Assembly: GCA_034780895.1 (NCBI GenBank)
Contig: JAUZTB010000065.1
Location: 27,636,144 to 27,700,007 of the forward strand
Source: Rhynchobatus australiae
Lineage: Eukaryota
Direction: 5' to 3'
DNA: 63,864 nucleotides
In this document: piece after piece, positions 22,280 to 36,109 of the stretch
Position numbering within the stretch: the first letter of the stretch is position 1
How the letters are laid out: every line of letters starts with the position of its first letter
Translations under genes and position numbers: made by a program
The notes under the pieces: generated by a model
The model's input: the letters and a program-made list of their open reading frames with translations, nothing else
Told to the model about the DNA's origin: nothing
The model's database searches: none

Positions 22280-24689
22280 CTAGAGTTAGGGTGAGAAAGA
22301 GTTGAGACAAGGATAACTAAATTGGATAGCTCTGGAAATCAGGCACTGGGATCAGGATATGCCCAATTTACCCAGTGCAAGAGCAACGCAGAAGGTTCAT
22401 ATTGTACCTCATTCTTATAATTTAGCAGTCAGGCAGTGTAATCCAAACTGTTGCTGACCTTTGTGCATCATCAGAAGGCCCCGCTTTGTGAGCGATTAAA
22501 CTTCTTCAAGTCAGTCACAATGACTAACCATGTACCTGTACCTATAAAAAGGACAAATTCAGTAGTGCAAATTACTTTACAGGACTATGAAGCCTATTGG
22601 AAGCTACACTGAATGTGGGTATCTGGATTTCCCAGCACAGCTCTGCAGCCTTTGTTGGTAAAGTGAAGAAGAGAAGGGGGGGAATAAAAAACTTTTGAAA
22701 CAAATGCTAAAGCTGGACTGGAGAAGACCATAGACAAATAAAGTCAATGACATCAAATACTATCTCCCAGCAGCAGTGCCCCACAGTCACACATTGCAAT
22801 CCACGTCCATCACTAACAATCTATCAATCAAAAGTTGGACTGAATATTCACATGCCCCTCATAAACTTAGCATTCCTCTATGCTTCATATTCACATTTCA
22901 GAATTTGTTCACAATGCCAGTTCTTTAACTGCGATAAGCACTTCATTCACGCTGCAGGGCACAGACTGATAACTTTTCCCCTCCCTTGCACAATAAGATG
23001 CTCGGTGCATTAATTAACCAGAAAGAAGGTTTTGCCTACAATGGCAAATAGCAGAGTGGAATCCACTGCAACCTTGCACAGGGTTTTACTCAAAGCCTGA
23101 AATATTCTTTCTATGATATAAGTCATGGTCCACACCATTTCAACACTTGTGAGCATTAAGTATCTGATGGCTAAGGTATCCATTTCCATTCTAGCACATC
23201 AGAAGCCACCAACATCAGGGAGCTGTAGTGGAACCACAGATTTCTGTGGTGCAAGCTTCAACTGTTATTATGCAAGGTCAACTTATAGCCTTGCAGATTG
23301 CTGAGATCGTGGCTCTAGCTACCAGTGTTCAAGGAGCTTTGAAGGTATTGGCATTCTAGCAATCTGTCCTTTAAGACTACCCCAGAAGGCTCCTCCCCAT
23401 GAGCATGGCAGGGGCTATCAGGAGCACAACCTGATGTTCTCTCTCAGGATAGTAACATCTGTGTTTCCAAACCTAGCGTTGCATCAACATCCTTGCTATT
23501 GTCTGCCAACCACCCCAGACTAGTGTACCTCATGGACAAATGGTGTATTCCAATACTCAAGCAACAGCTCAGATGACAATATAACAAACATTCACGGTAC
23601 TGAATGAACCCACAACGTGTAACGCACTATCTTTAACAAGAGCTTTCACAGCCAGTATCACACACCACTGGAATCTAATCCATCTGCCCAGCAGAGCTTT
23701 AGTTCTTCTGCTAGGACAGTAAGAGCCATTGTAGTTTCACTGGGGTTATGTTACCATAGACAAAACCCCTTATCTCCTGGAAATGAATTGAAGGGGGCTT
23801 TTTATAAACAAGACTCTATCCACCAGTGGTGTTAGATTATTGGAGAACAGTCCACACCCAGCAGCGTAGAGTACAGAGCCAGTCTGTTCTCAGATAACAA
23901 TTTTACAAACCACATCCTAAAATATAATGACCAGCTTTTTGGCCTCTACTTGGAGCCTGGCAATACTTCCAGCCTTCCCAGACTATTTTATTCTTTGCTC
24001 TCATGTGGTCTTGGATTTTGTTAATAACCACCAATCATTGAAGTAATAAAGGGTTTTCTCTCTTCCTTGACCACACTTGGATAAAGAGTAAAATGATCTG
24101 GCAGAATCCTATCTGCTTTTCATAGTATTTTGACTAACAAACATCTTTTTATAAAGACCCACAATTTTACTGAGCAAGGTGAAATTGTAAACTTTCAAAT
24201 TCAAATTAAAGTTATGGGCGGCAAACTAGTGCCACAAGGAGAACTGCTGCCTNNNNNNNNNNNNNNNNNNNNNNNNNNNNNNNNNNNNNNNNNNNNNNNN
24301 NNNNNNNNNNNNNNNNNNNNNNNNNNNNNNNNNNNNNNNNNNNNNNNNNNNNTCATTGAAAGCTTTCTTCGTGGCAAGCCAGCAGGTCACCAGCTGTCCT
24401 GCAGCCACTGGGGAACATTGTGCAAGAGGACTAGACAGCCAAAACCACATAAAAGGCAGGCCCTCAGGGAATACACTAGTGTAATTAGTTGAAACTTACG
24501 TGTTATTTGTCATGGTCCAATGTATAAATGTGGATAGAAATGTTGATCCAGTGTTGGCTTTTATTCTGGCATTGACACCAGGTGGACACTCTAATGAGCA
24601 GTAAAGGCAAAAAGGTAAGATGCAAACTATCGCAGAATGGGGAATGGGATGCATTTACTAAAATCACAAACAAACAAGTTGATGCCATA

Positions 24690-25630
24690 CTCCCTAGCCA
24701 GAAAGGAGCTCTTGACCTTGTCTTTCTCTTCCTTTTCTTCCTCCTCCACCACTTCTACCTCCTGTCCCATCAAATCCAGTCCCACATAGCATCCACAATA
24801 TGCCTGGGCTGGATCACACATTGGACATCTATAAGTTTGGACACTCACTCTGCTGTGTAATGCAAGTGCCCGCAGAACAGCTCAGGTACAGGAGGCATTA
24901 GTTATAAATGTAAATGGTCTGCTCAGGTTGTAGGTAGCACTATAGCTTTTGTTTAGACAGTTTCTGCTCTTCTGTATGGATTCTGGAGTCAAGAACCAGA
25001 TGACAAAAGGGTAACATTGCATTGTGGCTCATAGATGTAAGGCACTGTGAATAAGATATCAGAATTGTGACTGTTGTCATGTAAATGACTGTCATGACAG
25101 ATGGGATATGGTCACAGAACAGCTGCTCTTTCAGTGAATAAGATCTCAGGATTCAAATTTGGTGGGTTTACCTCAATAAAAAATGGCATCTACACCATCA
25201 GGAAACCCACAATCATTGAGAATGCACACAATCTTTTCAACAGAGAAGAAGATAGGGAGAAAAAGATAAAGTCATTCCTCTGGGATAAAGTGCTGCAAAC
25301 TGTAGTAAATGTGCCTTGAGTCAGCCTGGAAATATCTGGAAGCATAGAAACTGATAACCTTCCTAATCTCCACTGCCATTCGCAATGTTCTTCAGTTGTG
25401 CTTGTGTCTGCAGTGTAGATCCTTTTACTTCTGCTGAATGCAATGTTCTCTGTATATGTTGAACATCCAGCAATCACTGTTCAATTTAACAGCATGAATT
25501 CATATCAGAATTGAAAACACAACCTGTCTACTTTGTAAACTTCTAATATGCACCACCGGTCTTCCCAGAATGAGGGATAGGTAGCACAAACCATACTGCA
25601 AATTATGCAAGCACATCATACAGTAAGTCT
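24690..25630 (-). mobile_element. Degraded PIF/Harbinger transposase (HARBI1-like)
   Basis: Broken peptides MAVEIRKVISFYASRYFQA, QRNDFIFFSL...AFSMIVGFLMV, LHYTAE*VSKLI and an acidic EEEEKEEK tail, in the order expected for Harbinger DDE transposases. Confidence 0.72.
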
Positions 25631-26070
25631 GAAATGAAATGGCTCTCAATGCCCAAAAAATGGAGAGAAAATTCATCNNNNNNNNNNNNNNNNNNNNNNN
25701 NNNNNNNNNNNNNNNNNNNNNNNNNNNNNNNNNNNNNNNNNNNNNNNNNNNNNNNNNNNNNNNNNNNNNNNNNNNNNTCACCAATATATTTTCATGATTC
25801 TTGTTTTAGTTATTAGAAGTCTAAAAATACATTCTCAGCAACTTCTCTTTATCACCATTATAATTACATTCTTCACTCACATGTTAGCCTCACACCTCAT
25901 TATTAACTTGCCATTTTGTCAAAATAATATCTATGTCACATTTGTACCTAACAAGCACAAATTTCAACACAAATTAGATGAACTAATAAAGTCAAGGCTG
26001 CAGTCTCATTAGTTCCACTGAGTTGCTGACTAATATATAGATTGAAGGTAAATAAAATTACCATACTTAC

Positions 26071-26153
26071 AGGAACTCTCCATCTGTACAATAGTTTTTC
26101 CTCATTTTAGATATATCCAACTTCAGAGAGAACTTTTCATCAGAGGACTCTCC
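26071..26153 (-). CDS. Exon 5 of the unknown minus-strand gene
   Basis: Acceptor ccttagtttcctag, donor CCT|gtaagt. 83 nt; only phase 0-2 is open, GESSDEKFSLKLDISKMRKNYCTDGEF. Confidence 0.75.
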
Positions 26154-27514
26154 CTAGGAAACTAAGGCACTGAGTGAAACAGCTTTCCCAGAGAAATACA
26201 ACAAAGTTCTAAGTTACATTTCCCTGGCTGCGATTATTTATTGAGCAAGGTTGTTCACAAAGCATGCTGGAATTTACTGTTTGTAAACCCTTTCCTTTTC
26301 CTTGTCGTTATCCACCTATGTAAAATTGCTTGTGACTCAGGAAAGAGCCTATCACATTTAGGCTGTTTCCCAGTTCTTTTCTGGAATCACAATAACAACC
26401 ACCTTTCACGAAGAATTCAAGTCTTTGTGAAACTGTGAATGGATGCAAAATGCCACAAGATTAATACAATTGCCACTATATGATCCTATCTATTGCAAAG
26501 GGATATGATCCTATCTATCTATTACACCATCCTATTAGTCAGTGTAAAATATTAAGTTTACTATATTTTTAAGAATCACAGTTAAGACCAAACAAACAAA
26601 ATATCAAGAAACTGGCAGTAAAAACATACAAGTCAACAGAGATTCAAACCAAACCAAGCATTTTCTTCAGAACATATTTCTTAAGCAATCTGACAATTTG
26701 TAAAAGCTTTGGATACCAATTTATAGACCTCAGTGGGTGATATTTTTTATTTGAGTGATGCAGTGGTCCTGCAGTGCTAGAGTTCAACTGTCAACTCCCA
26801 AATCACTGAAAATTAATGAAACAGAAAACACACCTAATTCAACGGGCCTCAAAGATAAAATGGAAGGCACAGTGTCAAAGAATTTTTCTTCTGTAGGTCA
26901 AACAATTACATGCTGGAAGAATGAAATATTTTTGGTTGTTCTTTGGCTTTGTTTATCTTTGATTCTTGGTCAACGTATCAAATAACTCCATTCTCAGAAG
27001 AATGCTCAAGTATTTAACAGTTTTCAACAAGGTTAAATATTTCCAAAAGGATTCCTGATGCAATTAACTAGCAATGTAGCAGTGATCATTGGCAATGTGG
27101 GCGATTAATAGTTGCCTCCTCACAAAACTGTCAAACAGATTGCCTTGCTTTTCTATGAAAAGGCAAAATGATTATTTTAATGAACCACAATGAATTTTAA
27201 AACTAACTTTTATCTTTTAAAAAAATATGTATTTCCTTTGTGAGGCATGGAACTCTGCTTTCTGTTACATAGACATTATTCAAAGCAGTTATATTAATTT
27301 GATTTTGGCCCTGCTTACAAAAAAAATGAAATTGTATATGATGTAGTTTTAACAGGAATCCAAGCATAAATTATTATCCTCAAAATGATATTACATTAGC
27401 ATTTTATATGCATGGCAATTGAAACATGATGCTTCAAAATCAGTATTACTTAAATGGAAATGTTTTCTGATGAATTCTGCAAAAAAACAGCCCTAACAAT
27501 GCCCCACTTTCTAG

Positions 27515-27730
27515 CATCATAGAGTCACACAGCAATTCACCTCACCAAATCTGCACCAACCATTTAACCGATTGACTTTAGGGGTGTGGGAGAAAGCCAG
27601 AGCACCAGAGAAAACCCACACGGTTCGCAAAAAGAACATGTAAACTCCACAGAGACAGCATCCGAGGTCAAGAATGAGCCTGGGTCACAGAGCTATGAGA
27701 CAGCAGCTCTACTAGCTGCACCACTGTACT
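27515..27730 (-). mobile_element. HE1-type V-SINE with CR1-like tail (old)
   Basis: tRNA-like head, V-domain-like gtgtgggttttctctggtgctctggctttctcccaca, tail gctgtgtgactctatgat. Confidence 0.75.
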
Positions 27731-27754
27731 GTTAATATTACTCTGATAAGATTT

Positions 27755-28040
27755 CTTTATTAGTTACGTGCACATCAAAACACCCAGTGAAATACATCTT
27801 TTTGCGTAGTGTTCTGGGGGAAACCCACGAGTTGTCACCACGCTTCCGGTGCCAACATAGCATGCCAACAACTTCCTAACCTGTACGTTTTTGGAATGTG
27901 GGAGGAAACTGGAGCACCCGGAGGAAACCCACGCAGACACGGGGAGAATGTACAAACTCCTTACAGACAGTGGCCAGATTTGAACCCAGGTCACTGGTGC
28001 TGTAAAGCGTTACGCCAACCACTGCACTACCATGCCTGCC
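27755..28040 (-). mobile_element. V-SINE, full length, Rex1-like tail
   Basis: tRNA-derived head with B box ggttcaaatc; V domain tctgcgtgggtttcctccgggtgctccagtttcctcccaca; same family as 56603 and 62818. Confidence 0.88.
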
Positions 28041-29079
28041 CCTCAGTGGAATATGGATGAGATTGCATATCATGATGGTCTAACATTTCCTGATGGGAGA
28101 GGTTTCAAAAAGAAGCAAAGATGAAGGCTCCAGAATTCAAAGAGATTCATGGGAGCTGAATTGATTTCCATTGAAAAAATAAAGACTGGAAATTTGGATG
28201 AAATGAGTGTTTTAAAAATCTGTGTACATTTGGGATGTATCGCCTGTACATGTGTTTAATACTGTGTCATTTAATTCTTTTAAAAAGGAAATTGAGAAAA
28301 TATTTTATTAAAGATAGAACTATAATAAGCAAGAGTATAAATGTAAAAGATACTCTCAGGAACACAATGATGTAAAATTCCTCTGTGAATATAGCTAGTC
28401 AGAGTTGAAAAATGTAGCTGGTACCGTTAAATTGACATCCTGAAGATTTGGTTGATTACTTTAGGAGAGTGAAAAAGAAAGTTCACACAGTTCTATGTTC
28501 AGAAACTTTTCCCTCAGGAGAAGTGATTAAGTGTTCCTTGAAATTTTGATCCTGGACTGAGCCACAGTGTGAAAGAGTCATTTGTGGCATTGCTGCAGTT
28601 ATACCTTGGGCTGTCATAAATTTTTCACTTAATCATTGTTTGTCCTCATTCAGGACACTAAGCAACAGTTTAAAATAACTCAGCAAAAAGGTAATAGATG
28701 GTCAATTTCCAATTGTCTCACTCAAAGTAAACAAAATCCACAATGGATTGAGTTATTGGAGATGATATGGTTTGATGCAATTGCTTTTAGTTTTATTCAG
28801 TAGCTGAATGTCCTACTGGACATCTAAAATACCGGATCCTATTTGATTGTGGTATAAAATTTGATTGTGTGCAAAATGTTTCAGGAAATTCTATCTCAGT
28901 CCTCCATGCTTGTAACATTCACAAGAGGCTGCTGGCTTGTGCAAAAACATCAATCGACATGCAACACAAGACCAATATTGTTTTTGCGATAGTGTTCTTG
29001 CAAATTTGCTGCATGTGAACAGCATGGACCTTGACTACAGCAGCAGACCTTAACCAGAGGGCAAAGCTTTGCTCCTATG

Positions 29080-29540
29080 TTACTTAAAAGACCCAAGCCT
29101 ACTTGGCTTGCCACCAGGGAGTCCAACAATGAAGATTCTAGGCTTGCGAACTATGCTGTTAACCTGTTCATTTATTACCCGACCACAACAGCATTGAAAA
29201 CTTCCATTGAAAAAAGAGACATGTGCCCATCCCATCAATCTACTTATCACCATCCTGCTTCTCTACCCCTTCCGTGATATTTCCCCCCCAATCTGAAACT
29301 TGGCAGGATCTCTCCTCAGTCAACACCAGATCATTTTGCTCTCAATCTTCTCATCCCTTACTCCTACCTTGATTTCTCATCTCCAGTCTTTCTCCACATC
29401 CCTCCCCCATGCTTTTGCAGTCTCCACCAGTCACCTTCTCCCTGATTTTTTGGACTTTTGGTTTCCACTAATCATCACCCCTCCTCCATCATCTTTCTCA
29501 GCACTCGATCTCCACGCACAATTAAACTTTTTCCTGTCCA
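29080..29540 (+). mobile_element. Very old L2/CR1-group endonuclease-region fragment
   Basis: Pyrimidine-rich degraded sequence with a TWL-like motif; recognition is weak. Confidence 0.3.
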
Positions 29541-30029
29541 TTGTGGTATGATATTGAGGTCAATCATTTGTTTTTTGCATGAATGTGCTTGCAAGGCCTG
29601 GCATTATTGATTTAACACGCACAACTCTTTTAACGCTCTGCATGTTGCAATCTCAGTGTTTCCTGGCTTTGAACAGAAGTGTTCCGTTGTACTGGTTCTC
29701 CATGTGGTGCTGTTTCTACGTATGCTTTAATGCTTTGATGAATTTCTGAGCTAAAATATGTCTGAACAAGTTAACAGTGGCAACTGCAGATCATGTAGAA
29801 ACCCTTATTACTCAAGTAGTGGTACTTCACAATACTTCACGGATTTCTTTGTATCTGCTTCAAGTAATATTATAGAGCTAATTAAAAATCTAAAACACTT
29901 TAAAGCCTCACAATGCTCCCAAAACCAAAATGTTATCATTTTTAACCAATGTTTTTCAGCTAAATTGATACACTTCAAGCTCATGATTGGCTCTCTCTGA
30001 TATCTGGTCCAAAACATACCACTAAAAGA

Positions 30030-30315
30030 GACATCACATCATTATGTGTGGGATCTTGCTGTGTACCATTTACTTCTATATTCCCTATGTTGACTACGCA
30101 TCAAAAAAGAAATATTTCATTGGCTGTCAAGTGCTATGGGATTTTGTTGAGTACTGACTACAAACTCCAATGAACTGCATGCAGACATCGAGTCTACTAA
30201 CTATTCCATGCTTCAAGCAGTGGAATAGTTTGTCGTATCATTATGAATTTCCTAATTCTGCTCTCCCCACATAAAAAAATTAAGTGCAAGGTACTACATA
30301 AATGCTAGTCTTTTC
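30030..30315 (+). mobile_element. SacSINE1/DeuSINE 3' part
   Basis: tgtgggatcttgctgtg...ttcattggctgtcaagtgctatggga...tacataaatgctagtctttt; homologous to 5438-5600 in reverse. Confidence 0.65.
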
Positions 30316-30497
30316 TTCACTGCTAAAATAAGACACAATGAAGCCCTTCTACTGATATTTTATCTATTGTGGAGTAGTAGCATTGGTATGGCAATGCAAA
30401 ATGTTTTATCCTAGATTTCCTGTACCTAAAAGGCCAGAAACACATATACTCATGTTGAATATATTCTAAACAAGCCTAACCTGCCAACCTTTCCTTA

Positions 30498-30592
30498 CTG
30501 TGTCCAGTTCTGGTGGCCTCATTATAGGAAGGATGTGGAAGCATTGGAAAGGGTGCAGAGGAGATTTACCAGGATGCTGCCTGGTTTAGAGA
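30498..30592 (+). mobile_element. CR1 ORF2 fragment running into a gap
   Basis: VQFWWPHYRKDVEALERVQRRFTRMLPGLE. Confidence 0.92.
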
Positions 30593-31799
30593 NNNNNNNN
30601 NNNNNNNNNNNNNNNNNNNNNNNNNNNNNNNNNNNNNNNNNNNNNNNNNNNNNNNNNNNNNNNNNNNNNNNNNNNNNNNNNNNNNNNNNNNNNNNNNNNN
30701 NNNNNNNNNNNNNNNNNNNNNNNNNNNNNNNNNNNNNNNNNNNNNNNNNNNNNNNNNNNNNNNNNNNNNNNNNNNNNNNNNNNNNNNNNNNNNNNNNNNN
30801 NNNNNNNNNNNNNNNNNNNNNNNNNNNNNNNNNNNNNNNNNNNNNNNNNNNNNNNNNNNNNNNNNNNNNNNNNNNNNNNNNNNNNNNNNNNNNNNNNNNN
30901 NNNNNNNNNNNNNNNNNNNNNNNNNNNNNNNNNNNNNNNNNNNNNNNNNNNNNNNNNNNNNNNNNNNNNNNNNNNNNNNNNNNNNNNNNNNNNNNNNNNN
31001 NNNNNNNNNNNNNNNNNNNNNNNNNNNNNNNNNNNNNNNNNNNNNNNNNNNNNNNNNNNNNNNNNNNNNNNNNNNNNNNNNNNNNNNNNNNNNNNNNNNN
31101 NNNNNNNNNNNNNNNNNNNNNNNNNNNNNNNNCACAGGCTTGCTTTTTGAAAATTTTGGTACAGGCCCATGAAAAGTTAAGGAATGTGCTTGAGGAATTT
31201 TACTCCATCTCAGCGCTGCTCTGAAACAGTTATCTTAATGTTTCAACAATGTTCTTTCTTTCTCCTCCCCTATATCAAGCAGCTGCACTGTTACAATAGT
31301 AATCATAATTAGTTAGTAGAATTCACTGACCTGTAATTCAATAATTGTTGGAGTTATGCAGCACACACATTTTCAGAGACCTTTAGGAAAACAGCTGCTG
31401 GTCCTGTGTGCAGAGTACATAGTGTGCTATGGAAAATCTTGGCCTGCATTGTAGGTTTTAAGCACTAGCTTCGAAGCATGTTTAATGATATTTTCCTGTT
31501 TGCTCTGTTTATTTTGGCAAAAAGTAGCTAAGTTCTACAAGATTGATCTTTGAAGCAGATCTCTGTAAAGTTATATTTATGGTGCTGCAGCCGACCAGTT
31601 TTCAGGATTCTACCCAAATTACAGCAGAGTTAAAATGTGTCTGCTGTGTCAAAAATAGTAAGTTTCATCTCATTTGGGTTGAGAGTCTAACCCCGGATGC
31701 CTGGATGTCACCTATAGTTTGCAGGTCTCTTGTACTCAATTTCTGATCTCTCCTGCCCATATTGAATAAATCCTAGAACAATCTGTTACTCTAAATCCT

Positions 31800-31920
31800 G
31801 AACATCAAAGGAATCAAAGGATATGGAGATTAGGGAAGATGATCAGCCCTCATCCTTGTGAATGACTGAGCAGGTTCAAGGGGCCATATTTCCTACTCCA
31901 GCTCCTTTTCCTTATGTTTT
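31800..31920 (+). mobile_element. CR1 3' end
   Basis: ggaatcaaaggatatggag...gatcagcc...cctactccagctccttttccttatgt tail. Confidence 0.7.
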
Positions 31921-32569
31921 TAAGATTGCCTGCCTCTGTTGGATGAGTCCCAAGAATATCTGCCACTCTAAATTCCCCTGCTTTCATAGGACTTGTTCAA
32001 CTAACTGTCAGATTCTTACACTGAAGAGGGAGCAACAATTCTGCCTACTGTGCCCCAAGAAACACAAATTTCTATATTTCAATTTGGACCTGTCAGACAC
32101 ACGAGTAGAATTATTCTTTAATGTGAATTTCTCATTACCCAGATGCCCAGAAATTACTTGGCTGACTGAATTTTAGTTACAACTGGATTATTCTTTGAAT
32201 GTGCTGGCACAGGCTTCATTGTTTGAACGGCCTCCTGGGGTGCACTGTGATTATTTGCATTTTGCCATTTCCAGAAAGAGGTACCCAAAAATATTCCTCC
32301 TGTAAGATGATTTACTCTTTTGTTTTGTTTCCTAAAAATAAACATCTTACTAATGTGTCTTTCTTGTTGCAGTAAAAACAAATACAGAGAATTTACAGTC
32401 GGGTTGAGAGCTCTTTATGTTCTTATGAGTTCTCAGCAGTTTTAAGAGTCCAGAAAGGTTCCTCAGAAATATGACCAGTATGTGACTTTATTTGTCACGA
32501 TAGTATCATTACAATAACACAATGAGATTATAAATGAGACCAGAAAATTATAGAAATAGCTGTACATCT

Positions 32570-32945
32570 GTAGTCAGGCCAATGCTAATAATCTAAAGAC
32601 ACGAGTTCAAATCCCACCTTGGGAGTCTGTGAATTTGAATACAATTTTGTTTATATCTGGAAAATTAACAAGCTGTCATCACGTCAATATGCCATCTGTT
32701 TCACCAATGTCCTTCAGGGAAAGAAATATATTATCCTTACCTATCTACTCTGTCAAACACAGTTGTAACTCCCCAGGCAAACCACTCAGTTGGAACAGAA
32801 GAATAAAACTGTAAGGATTGTTCAGCTGCAACCAGAGAATTAAAAAACAAAGATTCAGGGCGAACAAAGTCAACTTGGTCAAGTCCTTGCTAACATCTGG
32901 GGACAGGTGCCAAAGGAGGGAGAGCTCTTTCACAGGCTGTGGTAC
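32570..32945 (+). mobile_element. 5' fragment of a CR1-group LINE with tRNA-like head
   Basis: B-box-like gagttcaaatcccacc; body homologous to 40300-40680 (minus) and 44820-45075 (minus). Confidence 0.6.
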
Positions 32946-35900
32946 ATTGGTTGAGTCCAACACTTGAACTTTGGAATATAACATAAACTGTCTTTGACTT
33001 GGAGCAGCACTTGAACATTGTAGCTGCCAACTCTGTAAACTGAAGTATGGTAATAATAACGTTGCTAGATTGAAGCGGGTGATGCAGCTTCTTGAAGTAT
33101 TAGCAACTCCACCAACATTAAACTAATACTATCATTATACATGTATACACAAGGCAGAAACCAATAGACACAGACCAGACTTCTTCCTCTTTAAAAGAAA
33201 ATAAGAACCAACAATCCTGTTTAGATGTGAAGATTTTCACATTAACTCAAAATTCACACTTATTTGCATAAGTTCTTAATGTGGAAATCTTCATTATCTG
33301 TCCAGGGTTGCTTATTTTTTTACAGGTTTGTAACACATGTCAGTCATGAAGTTTAAGGCAAATTACATCCAAGAAACTATATATACATATTATATACATA
33401 ATGTTAATACAATGACTTCAAGGCAATTTTCGGACTTCTTAATCTTAATGCTTTCCATGGCATCATTTTGCCCTGGGTCTCAACTTCATTCTTATTTTCT
33501 TCCTGTTTTTCAGAGATAATTGTCTCAGGATCTTCCCCTACCTCGTCTGTCTCATCTTTGTCAGGTTCACCATTACACCCTGACAGGCGCATTTATTTTT
33601 TTGATCCTGTCCTGGCAACCTTTCATGACAGTGAAATTCATCTCTCTACATCAACGTTTCCTCCAGTCACTAGACCCTCCTGTTCTTGTGCTGTTCCTCT
33701 TCACATTTTTCTCCTTTGAGTTTTATCTAACAGACTTAATATCTGCTTCCCTTGTAGAGGCCTCTCCTTTGGTCTTTTCTTTGCCAAAGTGTCTCAGACT
33801 TGCTTCTGCCATACTTGAGTGATCCTACACTGAGCAGCCACTACTAGTGATATCCCAGTGACCCTCAATCTCCTTAGGGTGAAGTATCTCCAGTTCTAGG
33901 TTCCAATGTTGCTATCATAGTGCTATGCATTCTTCTTGCAACTTGTTCTATTTGCAAATGGTTGACCTCTGTTAGAAATTCCATTATCAGCAACAATCCA
34001 GACAGCTAGTTAACTATTCTACATCCCTTGAGATGGTTGCTGTATTACACTACGGTGATTATCGAGATTTTGCTTTAGGCTTGGTATATGAAAACCAGGC
34101 GTCATTTGCTTTTAATCCAGCCCAGCAGAACTAGCAAAAGTTCATACAGTGGTCTTGCTTTCTGTCTTTCTCAACCCTTCGCTTTCCAAGAGGAATTCTC
34201 TCAGGAAGTACCGTTCCAGAGTCTTGGTCGCTCCCATTTGTCAGATCACTGGTCAGTGCTTTCCTCTGAGTCCTTAATTGGACTTCCTGCCATAAACTCT
34301 TCTCTTACTGAGGCCTTCACTCATGCTTTCATATTGCCATTTAAGTCTCTGTGGTTGTTGCCTCAGTCAAACTGGCTGCCCTCCCCAGCATTTCACTATC
34401 ATTAAACAAGAGCACCTTCTCCAAATGCTGCAAAGCATACAAACCACAACTTTCTTTCAGACAGAATTTTCCCACCCCATGACTCTAACACCGTTAGAAG
34501 AAAGTCTTCAATGTTTTCTTTAAATTTTTGTACCTTTACCTTTGATCAGATTATAAATGAATACTGGAAAGCCGCAGTGATCTGCTCCCATTTCCCTTGG
34601 TACTTTGTTGCTTTTGATGTGCATCTTTATTGATTGGCTCATCATAATCCTCACAATCTGTTAACACAATGAGTGGCAACAAATTGTGAGGATTCTTTCC
34701 TCAAGTTATACAGTGACCTACACAGTACCTGCTTTGTTAGTCCCTGCACTCTCCCATGGGTACTCAATTTCCTGCTGTTGAGTTATGGTTTTGCTTCTAA
34801 TTCCATCTCAGCATGTGCCATTGATTTGGTTAGTATCTGCCTCCTTTCTTCAACATGTCAAATTAAAGATGGGATGAAGGATTCTGGAGGGAAAGGAGAG
34901 CAGGTTGTTTGTTTCTCATCTTCTTCCACTCCATTTGGCACAGAGCTCAATAAAATATTCTAGCCTCAAGTGCTCTAAACCTGTCCCTGCACAACACTGT
35001 CAGTTACCACGTGTGGTCTGCCTTAATTATCGACAGCTTGATTTCCCTGTCATTTTGAGCACACCTCATTTCTTCTAATGCCTTTGGCACTTCTTCTGAT
35101 TATGTACACAGTGGGACATTGCTCTTAGTTAGTGGGACATAGATAAAATTATGTGTGCAGTTGTCTCATCCCCTTAGTAAGCAATGTGTTGCAATTATCA
35201 ATATTCAATACAATATCTGGCCATTCATCTTAAAATTAGTCTTAAATTAATTGCAGAGTTTTCTTCCATCATTGTCTTATAGCATAAGAACTATTTAGTG
35301 TGTACTTCTTTATTTACTTCTCTTGTATTCAAGACACCTCTCTATGTTTGCTTTGAATTTTTGTTCACCTGCTTGTGAGATTTGTGCAAAATGTAGTTCT
35401 CAATATTTTTATGTTCCTGTTGCATTTATGCTTTGGTCACATGGATCACCATACTTAGCTGAGAGGACAGTGAGGTAACAGGTTCCCACATCTGTGCTAC
35501 AGATAGTACTTTGAGTGTCACCCAAAGTGACTAATGTCTCAAGCATAGTCCTGATTTATGCATCAGGACAGAAAAGTTGTGTGAATTTCTTTTTTATCCG
35601 AAACACCAAAACTATTACTACATTAAAAACTTTTGAGGAATGGGTTTAGCTGATTATTCTGCCTCCACAATCTTACTGGGCTGGGCAGCATTTCCATAAT
35701 CTGATTACCCAAACCCACAATGTTTTTTTCCATAGGAATGTCATTCTCCTGCTGGCACTTTGGGAACTTCCTGCTTTTATGCCATCTTTATACAATAATG
35801 TCTGCTACCATCATCTACAGATAAAACAGATCCTTTAAGGGCCTCCTGAAGGATGAATTTAAAGAATATGATTATCCAAGGTTGCTATTGCAAACTTTTG

Positions 35901-36109
35901 AGCCTTTTGTTGCAAAGATTTTTAGATCATTTCAAGGTGCAGATTCTACCAGGGTAGCTCCTTGGCTGGTAATAAGAAAGTTCAGAGCTGCAAAGGTCAA
36001 CAACTTCTGCATCTTAGCAGGGTGCTATTGCATTGAGAGGGTTGTCCTGTCACCAGTGGCTAAAGAAGTAGATCTACATTCTTTGGCACTACGAAGAATA
36101 TGGCTGAGT

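Noticed and set aside
25523-25630. Exon-like segment TYCMMCLHNLQYG...
   Set aside because: Phase 0 start is incompatible with the phase 2 end of exon 26153-26071, and it lies at the 5' end of the Harbinger relic.
31331-31380. Minus-strand segment with good acceptor and donor
   Set aside because: Stops in all three frames, and the flanking exons already join in phase.
33400-35100. Cluster of short ORFs, possibly a decayed transposon gene
   Set aside because: No recognisable motif or consistent frame.
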